Assembly: GCA_017617355.1 (NCBI GenBank)
Contig: JAFZWI010000036.1
Location: 1,082-65,081 of the forward strand
Length of the DNA stretch: 64,000 nucleotides
Reading direction: 5' to 3'
Source of the DNA: Salinivirgaceae bacterium
GTDB lineage: Bacteria > Bacteroidota > Bacteroidia > Bacteroidales > SZUA-534
The notes beneath the pieces were generated by a model. It was not told the origin of the DNA, did not search any database, and was given only the letters and a program-made list of their open reading frames with translations. Of this stretch, positions 54,477 to 63,415 are shown one piece after another. Within the stretch, counting starts at the first letter, position 1, and the number at the start of each line of letters is the position of its first letter. Both the position numbers and the translations under genes were made by a program.

Positions 54477-55010
54477 TCACGCCTGAATGCTGATAGTGCT
54501 GAGTCGGTTGTCGTGTAATTCGGTCAGGTAATATTTTATTGCGTACCAACCGCGGCGGATAACTTTAAGCGGCGGGAAGTCAATCGGATTGTCGTCGAAG
54601 TGGATGCGAATGATATTCTGCAATTTAGCCATTTCAACGGGAATCTTCTGAAGTAGGCAGAAACTTGCGTCGAATGTCTGCAGATTGTCGAGTTTGCCAA
54701 TCTGAACAGGCAATTTGTCAAGCGGGTTGTAGCTGATATCGAGTGATTTAAGCCGATTCATGCTGCCGATGTTCTCGGGCAGCGATTTGATGCAGTTGCG
54801 CATCAGGTAGAGACTTTCCAAATTCTCAAGTTTGGTAATCGAATCGGGGAGGCTCGAAATCTGATTGTAGCTCAAGTCCAATGTCCGCAGCTCTGTCAGT
54901 TCGCCTATCTTTTCAGGTAATTCAGTGATATCCTTGTTCGATAAGTCGAGCGACTTGCAACCTGTGCGTTTAGCGCGGTCAATAATCCATTCAACCTCTT
55001 CTTTTTTCAT
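54477..55010 (-). CDS. Leucine-rich-repeat protein, no signal peptide
   Basis: The ATG at 55010 gives MKKEEVEWIIDRAK. About 6 LRRs of 23 aa follow (LxxLxLxxNxIxxLPxxI...). Confidence 0.8.
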   Translation of the reverse strand: MKKEEVEWIIDRAKRTGCKSLDLSNKDITELPEKIGELTELRTLDLSYNQISSLPDSITKLENLESLYLMRNCIKSLPENIGSMNRLKSLDISYNPLDKLPVQIGKLDNLQTFDASFCLLQKIPVEMAKLQNIIRIHFDDNPIDFPPLKVIRRGWYAIKYYLTELHDNRLSTISIQA

Positions 55011-55195
55011 ATCTTTTATGTTTGGATGTTGCAAAATTACATTAGTAAAATGTTTTATCAAAGAGGCAAATCGGGAAGTCGGTCAAAAAAATGTCGGTAT
55101 TAATCACTTTTTTTCTTCAGTCGAAATAAGCGAAAACGGCGAGCGGATTGATACTTTTTCGATTAGAACATTATTTTCGCACTCAAAAAAAGAAG

Positions 55196-56356
55196 ATGAC
55201 GATTTTAATTACAGCAATTTACCTGATTGCTCCAATACTGATTGCCGCATCGTATCAGCGCAGCAAGTTTGTGCGCAAAGCAGGAACCGTGATAATAGCT
55301 TACGCCGTGGGGCTTGTTCTGGCACTCGGCGGGTTTGTTAAAATGGCCGATGTGCACGCGCTCGAGTCGGCGCAGAACATCATTATGGACGTTTCGGTGC
55401 CGATAGCCATTCCGCTGATGTTATTCAACTGCAACTTCCGCCTTTGGACGCACTCGCTGCCCAAAACCATTCTGGCGCTTGTTGGCGGCCTGCTGTCGAT
55501 AACCGTGGCGGTGGCGGTGGCGTTTTTCCTGTTCCGCAATTCGGGCATCGGCGGTCTCGACCGCATCTCGGGCCTGATGATGGGCATCTACACTGGCGGT
55601 ACTCTTAACTTTTTCGCCCTCGGTTCGGCTTTGCGCGTCGATGAGTCGGTTATTCTGCTCGTTTACGCCTTCGAGATGCTTGTGACATTCCCGTTAATTA
55701 TGTTCATTGTGGCTGGTGGCTACAGATTGTTCCGTCGCCTGCTGCCTTTTCCCGACGAGTCGATAACTCTGCAATCCGATGTCGAGACCGACGGTGGTGT
55801 TGAAGATTATAGCCATTTTTTCGCGCGTCGTACCTTTGGCCACACAATGCTCGGGCTGCTGCTGGCGGTGCTTTTTCTTGCCGTGGCGGCTGGTCTGTCG
55901 CTGTTGCTGACGGGTGTTTTGAGTGAGCTGGTTATCATTTTGGTAATCACCACATTGGCCATTGCAGTATCGTTCTCGGAAAAGGTTCGCAACCTGCCCA
56001 AAACATTCGAGTTGGGAATGGTTTTCATACTGATGTTCAGCGTTGTGGTGGCCTCGAAATTCGACATTAACTGCCTATACCAATCGGCATTCACATTGAT
56101 GTGTTTCGTGCTGACAATTATGGCGATAACTGTAGCGCTGCACCTGCTGCTCTGCCGAATTTTCCGCATCAGCGGCGACTTGTTCACGGTGGCCAACATC
56201 GGTCTGCTTTGCTCGCCGCCGTTCATTCCGCCCGTGGTTGGCGCAATGGGTAACCGCAAGGTGCTCATCAGCGGCATTATTATCGGGCTTGTGGGCTATG
56301 CCGTGGGTACCTATTTGGGTGTCGGAATGGCCTATCTGCTGAAGGCATTTATTTAA
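55196..56356 (+). CDS. Polytopic inner-membrane protein (DUF819-like, name from memory)
   Basis: The ATG at 55196 gives MTILITAIYLIAPILIAASY. About 10-12 hydrophobic segments. Confidence 0.65.
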   Translation: MTILITAIYLIAPILIAASYQRSKFVRKAGTVIIAYAVGLVLALGGFVKMADVHALESAQNIIMDVSVPIAIPLMLFNCNFRLWTHSLPKTILALVGGLLSITVAVAVAFFLFRNSGIGGLDRISGLMMGIYTGGTLNFFALGSALRVDESVILLVYAFEMLVTFPLIMFIVAGGYRLFRRLLPFPDESITLQSDVETDGGVEDYSHFFARRTFGHTMLGLLLAVLFLAVAAGLSLLLTGVLSELVIILVITTLAIAVSFSEKVRNLPKTFELGMVFILMFSVVVASKFDINCLYQSAFTLMCFVLTIMAITVALHLLLCRIFRISGDLFTVANIGLLCSPPFIPPVVGAMGNRKVLISGIIIGLVGYAVGTYLGVGMAYLLKAFI

Positions 56357-56383
56357 GGACTGAAGGATTGAATGTTTTTTGAA

Positions 56384-57724
56384 ATGAAACGTTTGATATT
56401 CACTGTGATAATTGCCTTGCTGACTGTTGTGGCAAATGCTCAAGGCGAAACAAAGACGGGTTGGACTTTTGGTGTCCTTCCGTCGGTGGCTTACGATGCC
56501 GACCTCGGGTTCCAATATGGCGCTCTCACCAATTTGTATTATTTCGGCGATGGCAGCACCTATCCCGAATATCTGCATTCGATTTACGCCGAGGTGAACC
56601 GCACCACCAAAAAGAACGGACTTTTCCGCTTGAATCTTGAGTCGCGCGCGCTGGTGCCGGGGCTGCTCATTTCGTCTGACATTTCGTATATGCCCGACGA
56701 GATGTGTGATTTTTCGGGCTTCAACGGCCACCAAGCTGTGTTTAATTCCGATTGGGCCGACGACAGCAAGGCCGATTACCGTTCGCGTGCTTTCTACAAA
56801 TATCGCCGCGGATTGTTCCGCTCGATTATTGATATTCAAGGCGATATCAGCGGCAATCTCAATTGGAACGCTGGTGCAGGACTGCTCGTATTCAATGCCG
56901 ACCACGTCAACATCGACAAGCTGAACCGCGGACAGTCCGACGAGAAGAAACTGCCTGACATTGACCTCCTTTTCGACAAATATCAGCAATGGGGGCTGAT
57001 TGACAGTTGTGAGACTAAAACCGGCGCGTATCCCTACATTCACGGCGGCGTCAGCTACGACAGCCGCAACCGCACGGCGGCACCGTCGGCAGGCATTTGG
57101 GCCGATGCGTTTTTAACTTACACAGCCGCTTTCGGCAATCTGAAACAATTTAACAGTCTGAAACTGAATGCCGATTTTCGCCATTACATAGCGTTGGGCA
57201 CGCCTATTGCTGTGCTGGCTTATCGGCTGTCAGCGCAGCTCACACTTGCCGGACAAACACCGTTTTATATGGCCTCGCAGCATAACGTGCTGAATATGAG
57301 ACGTGCAATCTACGAGAGTTTGGGCGGCTCAAGTTCGCTGCGCGGCATCACTCGCAACCGCATCGTTAGTGACGGTTTTGCGCTGGCTAACATTGAGTTA
57401 CGGCTGCGCTTGGTGAAGTTTGATGTCGGTTCAAGCCATTTCTATATTGCCACCAATCCTTTTGTGGATGCAGGAATGGTGCTTCAGCCGGTCGATATTG
57501 ATGAGCAACAAGTGCGACTAGCCGCAGAAACAACTGACGACAATGCCGACGATTATTTCGATTTCTCGGGCAGCGTCTATCGTCCGCATTTTTCAGGTGG
57601 TGCCGGATTGAAAGTGGCTATGAATGAGAATTTTATCCTCTCAGTCGATTGGGCGACACCATTCAGTTCTGGCGATTCGGGAAAGAAATCAAACATCTAC
57701 GTAAAAATGGGCTATCTGTTTTAG
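56384..57724 (+). CDS. Omp85/bacterial-surface-antigen-type beta-barrel without POTRA domains
   Basis: The ATG at 56384 gives the signal peptide MKRLIFTVIIALLTVVANAQ. SLRGITRNRIVSDGFALANIELRLRL is typical of the Omp85 barrel. The protein ends YVKMGYLF (beta-signal). Confidence 0.75.
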   Translation: MKRLIFTVIIALLTVVANAQGETKTGWTFGVLPSVAYDADLGFQYGALTNLYYFGDGSTYPEYLHSIYAEVNRTTKKNGLFRLNLESRALVPGLLISSDISYMPDEMCDFSGFNGHQAVFNSDWADDSKADYRSRAFYKYRRGLFRSIIDIQGDISGNLNWNAGAGLLVFNADHVNIDKLNRGQSDEKKLPDIDLLFDKYQQWGLIDSCETKTGAYPYIHGGVSYDSRNRTAAPSAGIWADAFLTYTAAFGNLKQFNSLKLNADFRHYIALGTPIAVLAYRLSAQLTLAGQTPFYMASQHNVLNMRRAIYESLGGSSSLRGITRNRIVSDGFALANIELRLRLVKFDVGSSHFYIATNPFVDAGMVLQPVDIDEQQVRLAAETTDDNADDYFDFSGSVYRPHFSGGAGLKVAMNENFILSVDWATPFSSGDSGKKSNIYVKMGYLF

Positions 57725-57735
57725 CCACATAAAAA

Positions 57736-57759
57736 AAGCCGTCCTTTTCAGAACGGCTT
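57736..57759. terminator. Bidirectional hairpin between convergent genes
   Basis: An A-run is followed by AAGCCGT-CCTTTTCAGA-ACGGCTT. The A-run provides the T-tract for the minus-strand gene. Confidence 0.45.
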
Positions 57760-57864
57760 AAATCGGTATTATAGTTCAAATTATTGAGCTATAGAGCGGG
57801 TTTCGTATTCAGCCTTGACATCTTCATAAAATGCTGCGTATGAGGTGTAGATGTAAGGAATCAG

Positions 57865-58392
57865 TCATAAATAACCGATGCCGAAAGTGAACATACACAA
57901 AATTGCCCAACCGATGAACGACAATTGAAGGCAGAACAAATCCCATTTGTGTCCGTCCATCATAGCCATACTTAATTCAATAGCTTCGTTGTTCTGAAGG
58001 TTGGGGTTGTCGTTAAGAATGAACGGTGTCAATGCGTATGCCAATCCCTTGATTACTCCGGGGATAATGAACAGCAATGTCCATAAAAATGTGTAAACAA
58101 ACACCAAAAGCATTGTTACCCAAAGGCGTGTCTCTTTAAAGAACGCGAAGATGCATTCTGTTTTTATAGTCTCGCCAGTGCGAAGCATTTTCAGAAACGC
58201 CACCATTAATGCGGCTTCAAGAACAACCGCGCCTATTGAGGCTATTAAAGACAAAGGCCCGCAAAAAGCTAATATGAAACTTGCAACCATAACGATTGCT
58301 AAAAGAACCAATGTGGTGAGAACGGCATCTCCCCATTTTCCGTTGAGAGCGGCAGCCGCAGTGGCTCGCATCTCTTTTGCACATTTAATCAT
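57865..58392 (-). CDS. DUF975-like membrane protein, ends at an in-frame TGA inside a hydrophobic segment (possible pseudogene or readthrough)
   Basis: 175 aa ending ...FTFGIGYL-TGA. The same frame continues LIPYIYTSYAAFYEDVKAEYETRSIAQ to a TAA at 57781-57783. Confidence 0.7.
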   Translation of the reverse strand: MIKCAKEMRATAAAALNGKWGDAVLTTLVLLAIVMVASFILAFCGPLSLIASIGAVVLEAALMVAFLKMLRTGETIKTECIFAFFKETRLWVTMLLVFVYTFLWTLLFIIPGVIKGLAYALTPFILNDNPNLQNNEAIELSMAMMDGHKWDLFCLQLSFIGWAILCMFTFGIGYL

Positions 58393-58438
58393 AATAATTC
58401 GATTTAAAGTTAAGTTTTCGATTTCTAAAATATGAAAA

Positions 58439-58669
58439 TTATCGTTTCACCAACGGCCAAATGAGTTTTTCCAATCCGTTTACTTTAATCTCGTACATCA
58501 GCCGCAACTGATTGCCGATTTTTCCTGGCGGGAAGCCTTTTTGCGCGTACCAAGCCAAGTACGGCTCGGGCAGTTCAATTAGCAGCCGGCCCTCGTATTT
58601 GCCGTACGGCATACGGGTGTTGGCAAGCTCAACAAGTTCGTGCTGGTCGGGTGGTGTGAGAGGTGTCAT
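58439..58669 (-). CDS. Small DUF3820-like protein
   Basis: 76 aa. [33 protein letters not shown] matches my memory of that family. Confidence 0.65.
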   Translation of the reverse strand: MTPLTPPDQHELVELANTRMPYGKYEGRLLIELPEPYLAWYAQKGFPPGKIGNQLRLMYEIKVNGLEKLIWPLVKR

Positions 58670-58726
58670 AATCGTTTTTGTTTTGACTACAATGTTACTA
58701 TTTTTGCACCAATACTATTACCGAAA

Positions 58727-59452
58727 ATGAAACTTATAGCTGAACATTTGGTTAAACGTTACGGCAGTCGCACTGTGGTGAAAGACGTGTCGTTTCACGC
58801 CGAAAAGGGTGAGATTGTGGGGCTTCTGGGGCCTAACGGCGCAGGCAAGACTACATCGTTCTATATGATTGTGGGACTGATAACGCCCAATGGCGGCAAC
58901 ATCTATCTCGATGACCTTAACGTTACAAAAGAGCCTATCTACAAGCGTGCGAAACTCGGCATCGGTTATCTGGCGCAGGAAGCGTCGGTGTTCAGAAAGT
59001 TGAGTGTTGAGGATAACATAATGTCGATTCTTGAGATGACCGACCTGACCAAAGACCAGCAAAAGGAGAAACTGGAGTCATTGCTTACCGAGTTCAGCCT
59101 GCACCATATCCGCAAGAGCCTTGGCATTCAGTTGTCGGGTGGCGAGCGTCGCCGTACGGAGATTGCCCGTGCTTTGGCTATTGACCCACATTTCATCTTG
59201 CTCGATGAGCCGTTTGCCGGTGTCGACCCGATTGCGGTTGAGGACATTCAACGCATTGTGCGTCAGCTGAAAGAGCGCGGCATTGGTGTCATCATCACCG
59301 ACCACAACGTGCAGGAAACGCTCTGCATCACCGACCGCACCTATCTGCTTTACGACGGCCGCATTATGAAGGAAGGCTCGGCACGTGAACTGGCTGATGA
59401 TGAGGAGGTTCGCCGTGTTTATCTGGGACAGAATTTTGTGCTGAGGGAGTGA
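58727..59452 (+). CDS. lptB: LPS export ABC transporter ATP-binding protein
   Basis: The ATG at 58727 gives [23 protein letters not shown]. Walker [10 protein letters not shown], signature LSGGERRR, Walker [13 protein letters not shown]. Confidence 0.9.
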   Translation: MKLIAEHLVKRYGSRTVVKDVSFHAEKGEIVGLLGPNGAGKTTSFYMIVGLITPNGGNIYLDDLNVTKEPIYKRAKLGIGYLAQEASVFRKLSVEDNIMSILEMTDLTKDQQKEKLESLLTEFSLHHIRKSLGIQLSGGERRRTEIARALAIDPHFILLDEPFAGVDPIAVEDIQRIVRQLKERGIGVIITDHNVQETLCITDRTYLLYDGRIMKEGSARELADDEEVRRVYLGQNFVLRE

Positions 59453-59485
59453 CTAAGTTTTGACAAACTTAAATATCTGACTGAA

Positions 59486-59947
59486 ATGCAAATAAATTAT
59501 CATATAAACAGATTGCTATCTGTTGGGATAAATAGAAAATGTTTTTGCATTCTAATATTGTTCTATTATGCAGTATTACAATATGAGTTTTATCATCCAC
59601 AAGCAATGCATTTAAACATATTTCTTTTATTCTTTATATGCTTAATTTTCATAACAATTATATGGTTATTGTTGGGAAACATTATAGGGTTGGGGTTATC
59701 GATTTGGATTGATTCTATAGTGGCGACACATTATAGTGATGCATTTTATTATGCACCATTCCCTACTTTTTCTGCGTTATCTGCTACTTACATTGCATTA
59801 AGTATGCTTCGCTGCCAGAATATGAAAGTAAATGTTTTAATGGCTTTGGTGCCGTTTTATAATCCAATAGCATTACTATTTAAGAAACCAAGAGCACAAA
59901 ACAATAAGAATGAAACATTGACGGTCACAGCCCCGTTTGAAGTCTGA
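59486..59947 (+). CDS. Hypothetical small membrane protein, strongly AT-rich orphan ORF
   Basis: 153 aa with 3-4 hydrophobic segments. I recognise no motif, and its composition clearly differs from its neighbours. Confidence 0.4.
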   Translation: MQINYHINRLLSVGINRKCFCILILFYYAVLQYEFYHPQAMHLNIFLLFFICLIFITIIWLLLGNIIGLGLSIWIDSIVATHYSDAFYYAPFPTFSALSATYIALSMLRCQNMKVNVLMALVPFYNPIALLFKKPRAQNNKNETLTVTAPFEV

Positions 59948-60009
59948 AGTCCGTTGTCTGTAGTCCCAAAAAAATAACCACGAAACTTAAACTTAACATA
60001 TTACTGCTT

Positions 60010-62445
60010 TTGCTGCTTTGCGCGGTACAACTCTCAGCGCAAGTGACTCGCATTCGCGGCACTGTGATTGACGCCGAAACTGACGAGCCAATGCCGTTTG
60101 TGAATGTTGCGGTGCCCGGCACGCAGCTTGGCACAATTACCGATGTCGATGGTAAATTCTTCATTGAAACCCGCATTCACGCCGACACGCTCGTGGTGTC
60201 GTATATGGGCTATCATTCGTTCAAGGTGGCTGTCAGAAATGGCGCATATCAGGAGTTGGCGTTGCGGCTTGAGCCTGACAATATTGTTATGGACGAGATT
60301 GTGGTGCATCCGGGCGAGAATCCGGCCTTCCGCATTCTGCGCGAGATTAACGAAAACAAGCCGCGCAACAACCCAATGCGCCAGTCGCTCTACACCTATG
60401 AGGTTTACAACAAGATGGAACTCGATGTGAACAATATCACTGACGAATATCGCAACCAAAAGATTTTCAAGAAATTCCAATTTGTCTTCGATTACGTTGA
60501 TACATCGGCGATAACCGGAAAAACATTCCTTCCGATATTTATAACCGAAACATTGTCAGATTATTACTACCAAAAGAACCCGAAGCGCGAGAAAGAGGTG
60601 ATAAAGGCCAGCCGCATTTCGGGCACCGAGGACGATATGGTGTCGGAATTCACGGGCAAGATGTATCTGGATTTCAATCTATACGACAATTTTGTGCCGA
60701 TTCTTGGACACGATTTTGTTAGCCCGATTGCCAACATCGGCCGCGTATATTACAAATACTACCTGATTGACAGCGCGTTCCGCGACAACCGCTGGTGCTA
60801 TCAGATTTCGTTCAAGCCGAAACGCAAGCAGGAGCCAACGTTTACCGGTTATTTCTGGGTTCACGACACCACCTATGCCATTGAGAGTTACAAAATCCGC
60901 ATTTCCGAGGGTGTGAACATCAACTTTGTGTCGGATTTTGTAGCAGAGCAGTCGTTTACGTATGTTGAAGATTCTGTGTGGTTTCCGAAGAAACAGGAAT
61001 TGTTTATCGATTTTTCAGTCACGCAAAAAGATTATGGATTTTTCGGGCGTAAGACCACATCGTACAGCAATATCAACCTGCATCCTGACCTGCCCGACAA
61101 GACTTTCTCATCGTCGGCACCGACCGAGACCGTGCTACTCAACGACGCGATGCAGAAATCGGTTGACGAGTGGAACGCTATGCGCCACGAGGAGTTGAGC
61201 CAGCGCGAGAAGGACATCTACAAAATGGTTGATTCGGTGCGCGAGGTGCCTATGTTCAATAATATCGTCAATCTTGTAAATACTTTAATAACAGGATATT
61301 GGGTTCATAGATATATCGAAATAGGACCATACTACACGCTTTATAGTTTTAATCCTATTGAGGGCAGCCGCTTCAAGCTGAGTCTGCGCACCAGCAACGA
61401 GTTCAGTACCAGGCACATGCTCTACGGACACATTGCCTATGGTACTCGTGACCAGAAATTTAAATACGGCTTTGGTTTTACCGAGATGTTCAGCACAATG
61501 CCCCGACGATGTGCCAATGTTTATTATTTTCATGATAATGAACAACTTGGGCTGACGGAAAATGCTTTCTTGACGGACAATATTCTGTCATCGTTGTTTG
61601 CGCGCAAGCAGAACGACAAGCTGACCATTGTGAACGAGGGTGGAGCCTACTACGACCACGAGTGGTTCCCGGGCTTGTCGACCAAGCTGAAGGTCCGTCA
61701 CAAGCAGATTTACGCGTCGGAAACTGTCACATTCAGAATGGAGGACCTTGAAACGGGTGACACTATTGATGTGAAAAGTCTGCGGACATCGGAAGTTTCA
61801 GTAAATGTGAGATTTGCCTATAACGAAAAGTTTGTAATGGGCAAATTCGAGCGTGTCAGTCTTGGCACTAAATACCCGATTTTCAATGTCGGCCTGACTG
61901 TGGGCATCCCCGACATTTTGGGCAGCAAATACGAGTATTACAAGCTGCACGCCAGCATTGACCATACAGTGCCGGTGAATCCGCTGGGCGATTTCCGTTA
62001 TATTATCGACGCCGGAAAAACCTTTGGCAAGGCGCCGTTCCCGTTCCAGCAGCTGCACGAGGGCAACCAGACCTACGCCTACGACGAGTACGCCTTCAAC
62101 CTGATGAACTATTACGAGTTTGTGAGCAGCGAGTATCTGACCTTTATGTTTGAACATCACTTTAAAGGACTCTTTTTGAACCATATACCGCTGATGAGGC
62201 GGCTGAAATGGCGCGAGGTGGCCACCGGCAAGGTGCTGATTGGCGACTTTACCCAGCGCACCAGCAACGACCTCTTCTTCCCAACTGACATGAACCTGTT
62301 GCACCGCCCGTACGCCGAGGCTGGCGTTGGCATCGAGAACATTTTCAAGTTCTTCCGTGTCGATGCAATCTGGCGCCTCTCGTACCTCGACCACAAAGAT
62401 GTGCTGCCGTTCGGAATTTTGGCTAAAATGCAGTTGAGGTTCTGA
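60010..62445 (+). CDS. CarboxypepD_reg-like + DUF5686-like outer-membrane-associated protein
   Basis: RIRGTVIDAETDEPMPFVNVAVPGTQLGTITDVDGKFF (CRD) is followed by a region of about 700 aa typical of the family. The track start is a TTG, and the true start is uncertain (see findings). Confidence 0.8.
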   Translation: MLLCAVQLSAQVTRIRGTVIDAETDEPMPFVNVAVPGTQLGTITDVDGKFFIETRIHADTLVVSYMGYHSFKVAVRNGAYQELALRLEPDNIVMDEIVVHPGENPAFRILREINENKPRNNPMRQSLYTYEVYNKMELDVNNITDEYRNQKIFKKFQFVFDYVDTSAITGKTFLPIFITETLSDYYYQKNPKREKEVIKASRISGTEDDMVSEFTGKMYLDFNLYDNFVPILGHDFVSPIANIGRVYYKYYLIDSAFRDNRWCYQISFKPKRKQEPTFTGYFWVHDTTYAIESYKIRISEGVNINFVSDFVAEQSFTYVEDSVWFPKKQELFIDFSVTQKDYGFFGRKTTSYSNINLHPDLPDKTFSSSAPTETVLLNDAMQKSVDEWNAMRHEELSQREKDIYKMVDSVREVPMFNNIVNLVNTLITGYWVHRYIEIGPYYTLYSFNPIEGSRFKLSLRTSNEFSTRHMLYGHIAYGTRDQKFKYGFGFTEMFSTMPRRCANVYYFHDNEQLGLTENAFLTDNILSSLFARKQNDKLTIVNEGGAYYDHEWFPGLSTKLKVRHKQIYASETVTFRMEDLETGDTIDVKSLRTSEVSVNVRFAYNEKFVMGKFERVSLGTKYPIFNVGLTVGIPDILGSKYEYYKLHASIDHTVPVNPLGDFRYIIDAGKTFGKAPFPFQQLHEGNQTYAYDEYAFNLMNYYEFVSSEYLTFMFEHHFKGLFLNHIPLMRRLKWREVATGKVLIGDFTQRTSNDLFFPTDMNLLHRPYAEAGVGIENIFKFFRVDAIWRLSYLDHKDVLPFGILAKMQLRF

Positions 62446-62467
62446 TATCGGCTTATATTTGCAAAAA

Positions 62468-63415
62468 ATGAATTCTGTGGAAAAAGGAATCGTAACAAAA
62501 TCGACAGGCAGCTGGTATTTGGTCCGGAAAGACGACGGGAGCGTGGTGGAGTGCCGCATACGTGGAAAAATGCGCACCAAAGGACTGCGCACCACCAATC
62601 CGGTGGCTGTGGGCGATTCGGTTGAGTTCGATATTGATTCCGAAACGGGTAAGGGTTTGATTCACAGCATCGACGACCGCCGAAACTATATCATCCGCAA
62701 GTCGATAAACCTGTCGAAGGAGGCGCAGATTATGGCAGCCAACATCGACCAAGCCATTCTGGTGGTGACGCTCGTCAGTCCGCGCACGTTCACGCAGTTC
62801 ATCGACCGCTTTCTGGCGTCGGCGGAGGCTTACAACATTCCTTCGGTTTTGGTTTTCAATAAGATAGATATTTATAACGCGCAACAGACCGCCGAAATGG
62901 ACGAGCTGATTGCCGTCTATCAAAAGATTGGCTATGAATGCGTTAAGGCATCGACGGTGCAAAACATCGGCATCGACCGCATTGAGGAACTCACTCGCGG
63001 CAAACTCTCGCTGCTGGCTGGTCATTCGGGTGTTGGCAAATCGACCATCGCTAACCGATTGAATCCCAATCTCGACTTGCGCACATCGGCTATTTCCGAC
63101 TCGCACGACAGCGGAATGCACACCACCACTTATCCCGAAATGCACCCGTTGATGAATGGCGGATATATTATTGATTCACCTGGAATTAAGGGCTTTGGTA
63201 CCATCGAGATGAAAGACGAGATGGCGCACTATTTTCCCGAGATGTTTGCCGAGTCGGCCAACTGCCAATTCTACAACTGCACCCACACTCACGAGCCGAA
63301 ATGTGCTGTGAAACAGGCTGTTGCCGAAGGACGCATTGCGCAGAGCCGCTACAATAGTTATTTAAGCCTTTTGAACGATGAAGATGAGGATAAATATCGC
63401 CAAGGTGTTGATTAG
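62468..63415 (+). CDS. rsgA: Ribosome small-subunit-dependent GTPase A
   Basis: The ATG at 62468 gives MNSVEKGIVTKSTGSWY (OB fold). Circularly permuted GTPase motifs are present (VFNKID ... GHSGVGKSTIANRL), along with a C-terminal Zn-finger Cys/His cluster (CQFYNCTHTHEPKC). Confidence 0.9.
   Translation: MNSVEKGIVTKSTGSWYLVRKDDGSVVECRIRGKMRTKGLRTTNPVAVGDSVEFDIDSETGKGLIHSIDDRRNYIIRKSINLSKEAQIMAANIDQAILVVTLVSPRTFTQFIDRFLASAEAYNIPSVLVFNKIDIYNAQQTAEMDELIAVYQKIGYECVKASTVQNIGIDRIEELTRGKLSLLAGHSGVGKSTIANRLNPNLDLRTSAISDSHDSGMHTTTYPEMHPLMNGGYIIDSPGIKGFGTIEMKDEMAHYFPEMFAESANCQFYNCTHTHEPKCAVKQAVAEGRIAQSRYNSYLSLLNDEDEDKYRQGVD

Noticed and set aside
56075-57043. 322-aa minus-strand ORF
   Set aside because: It is antisense to the end of the DUF819-like gene and the start of the Omp85-like gene, it crosses their intergenic gap, and it has no motifs.
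61798-63145. Two minus-strand ORFs (266 aa at 61798..62598 and 230 aa at 62453..63145)
   Set aside because: They are antisense to the DUF5686-like gene and to rsgA respectively, and they have no motifs.
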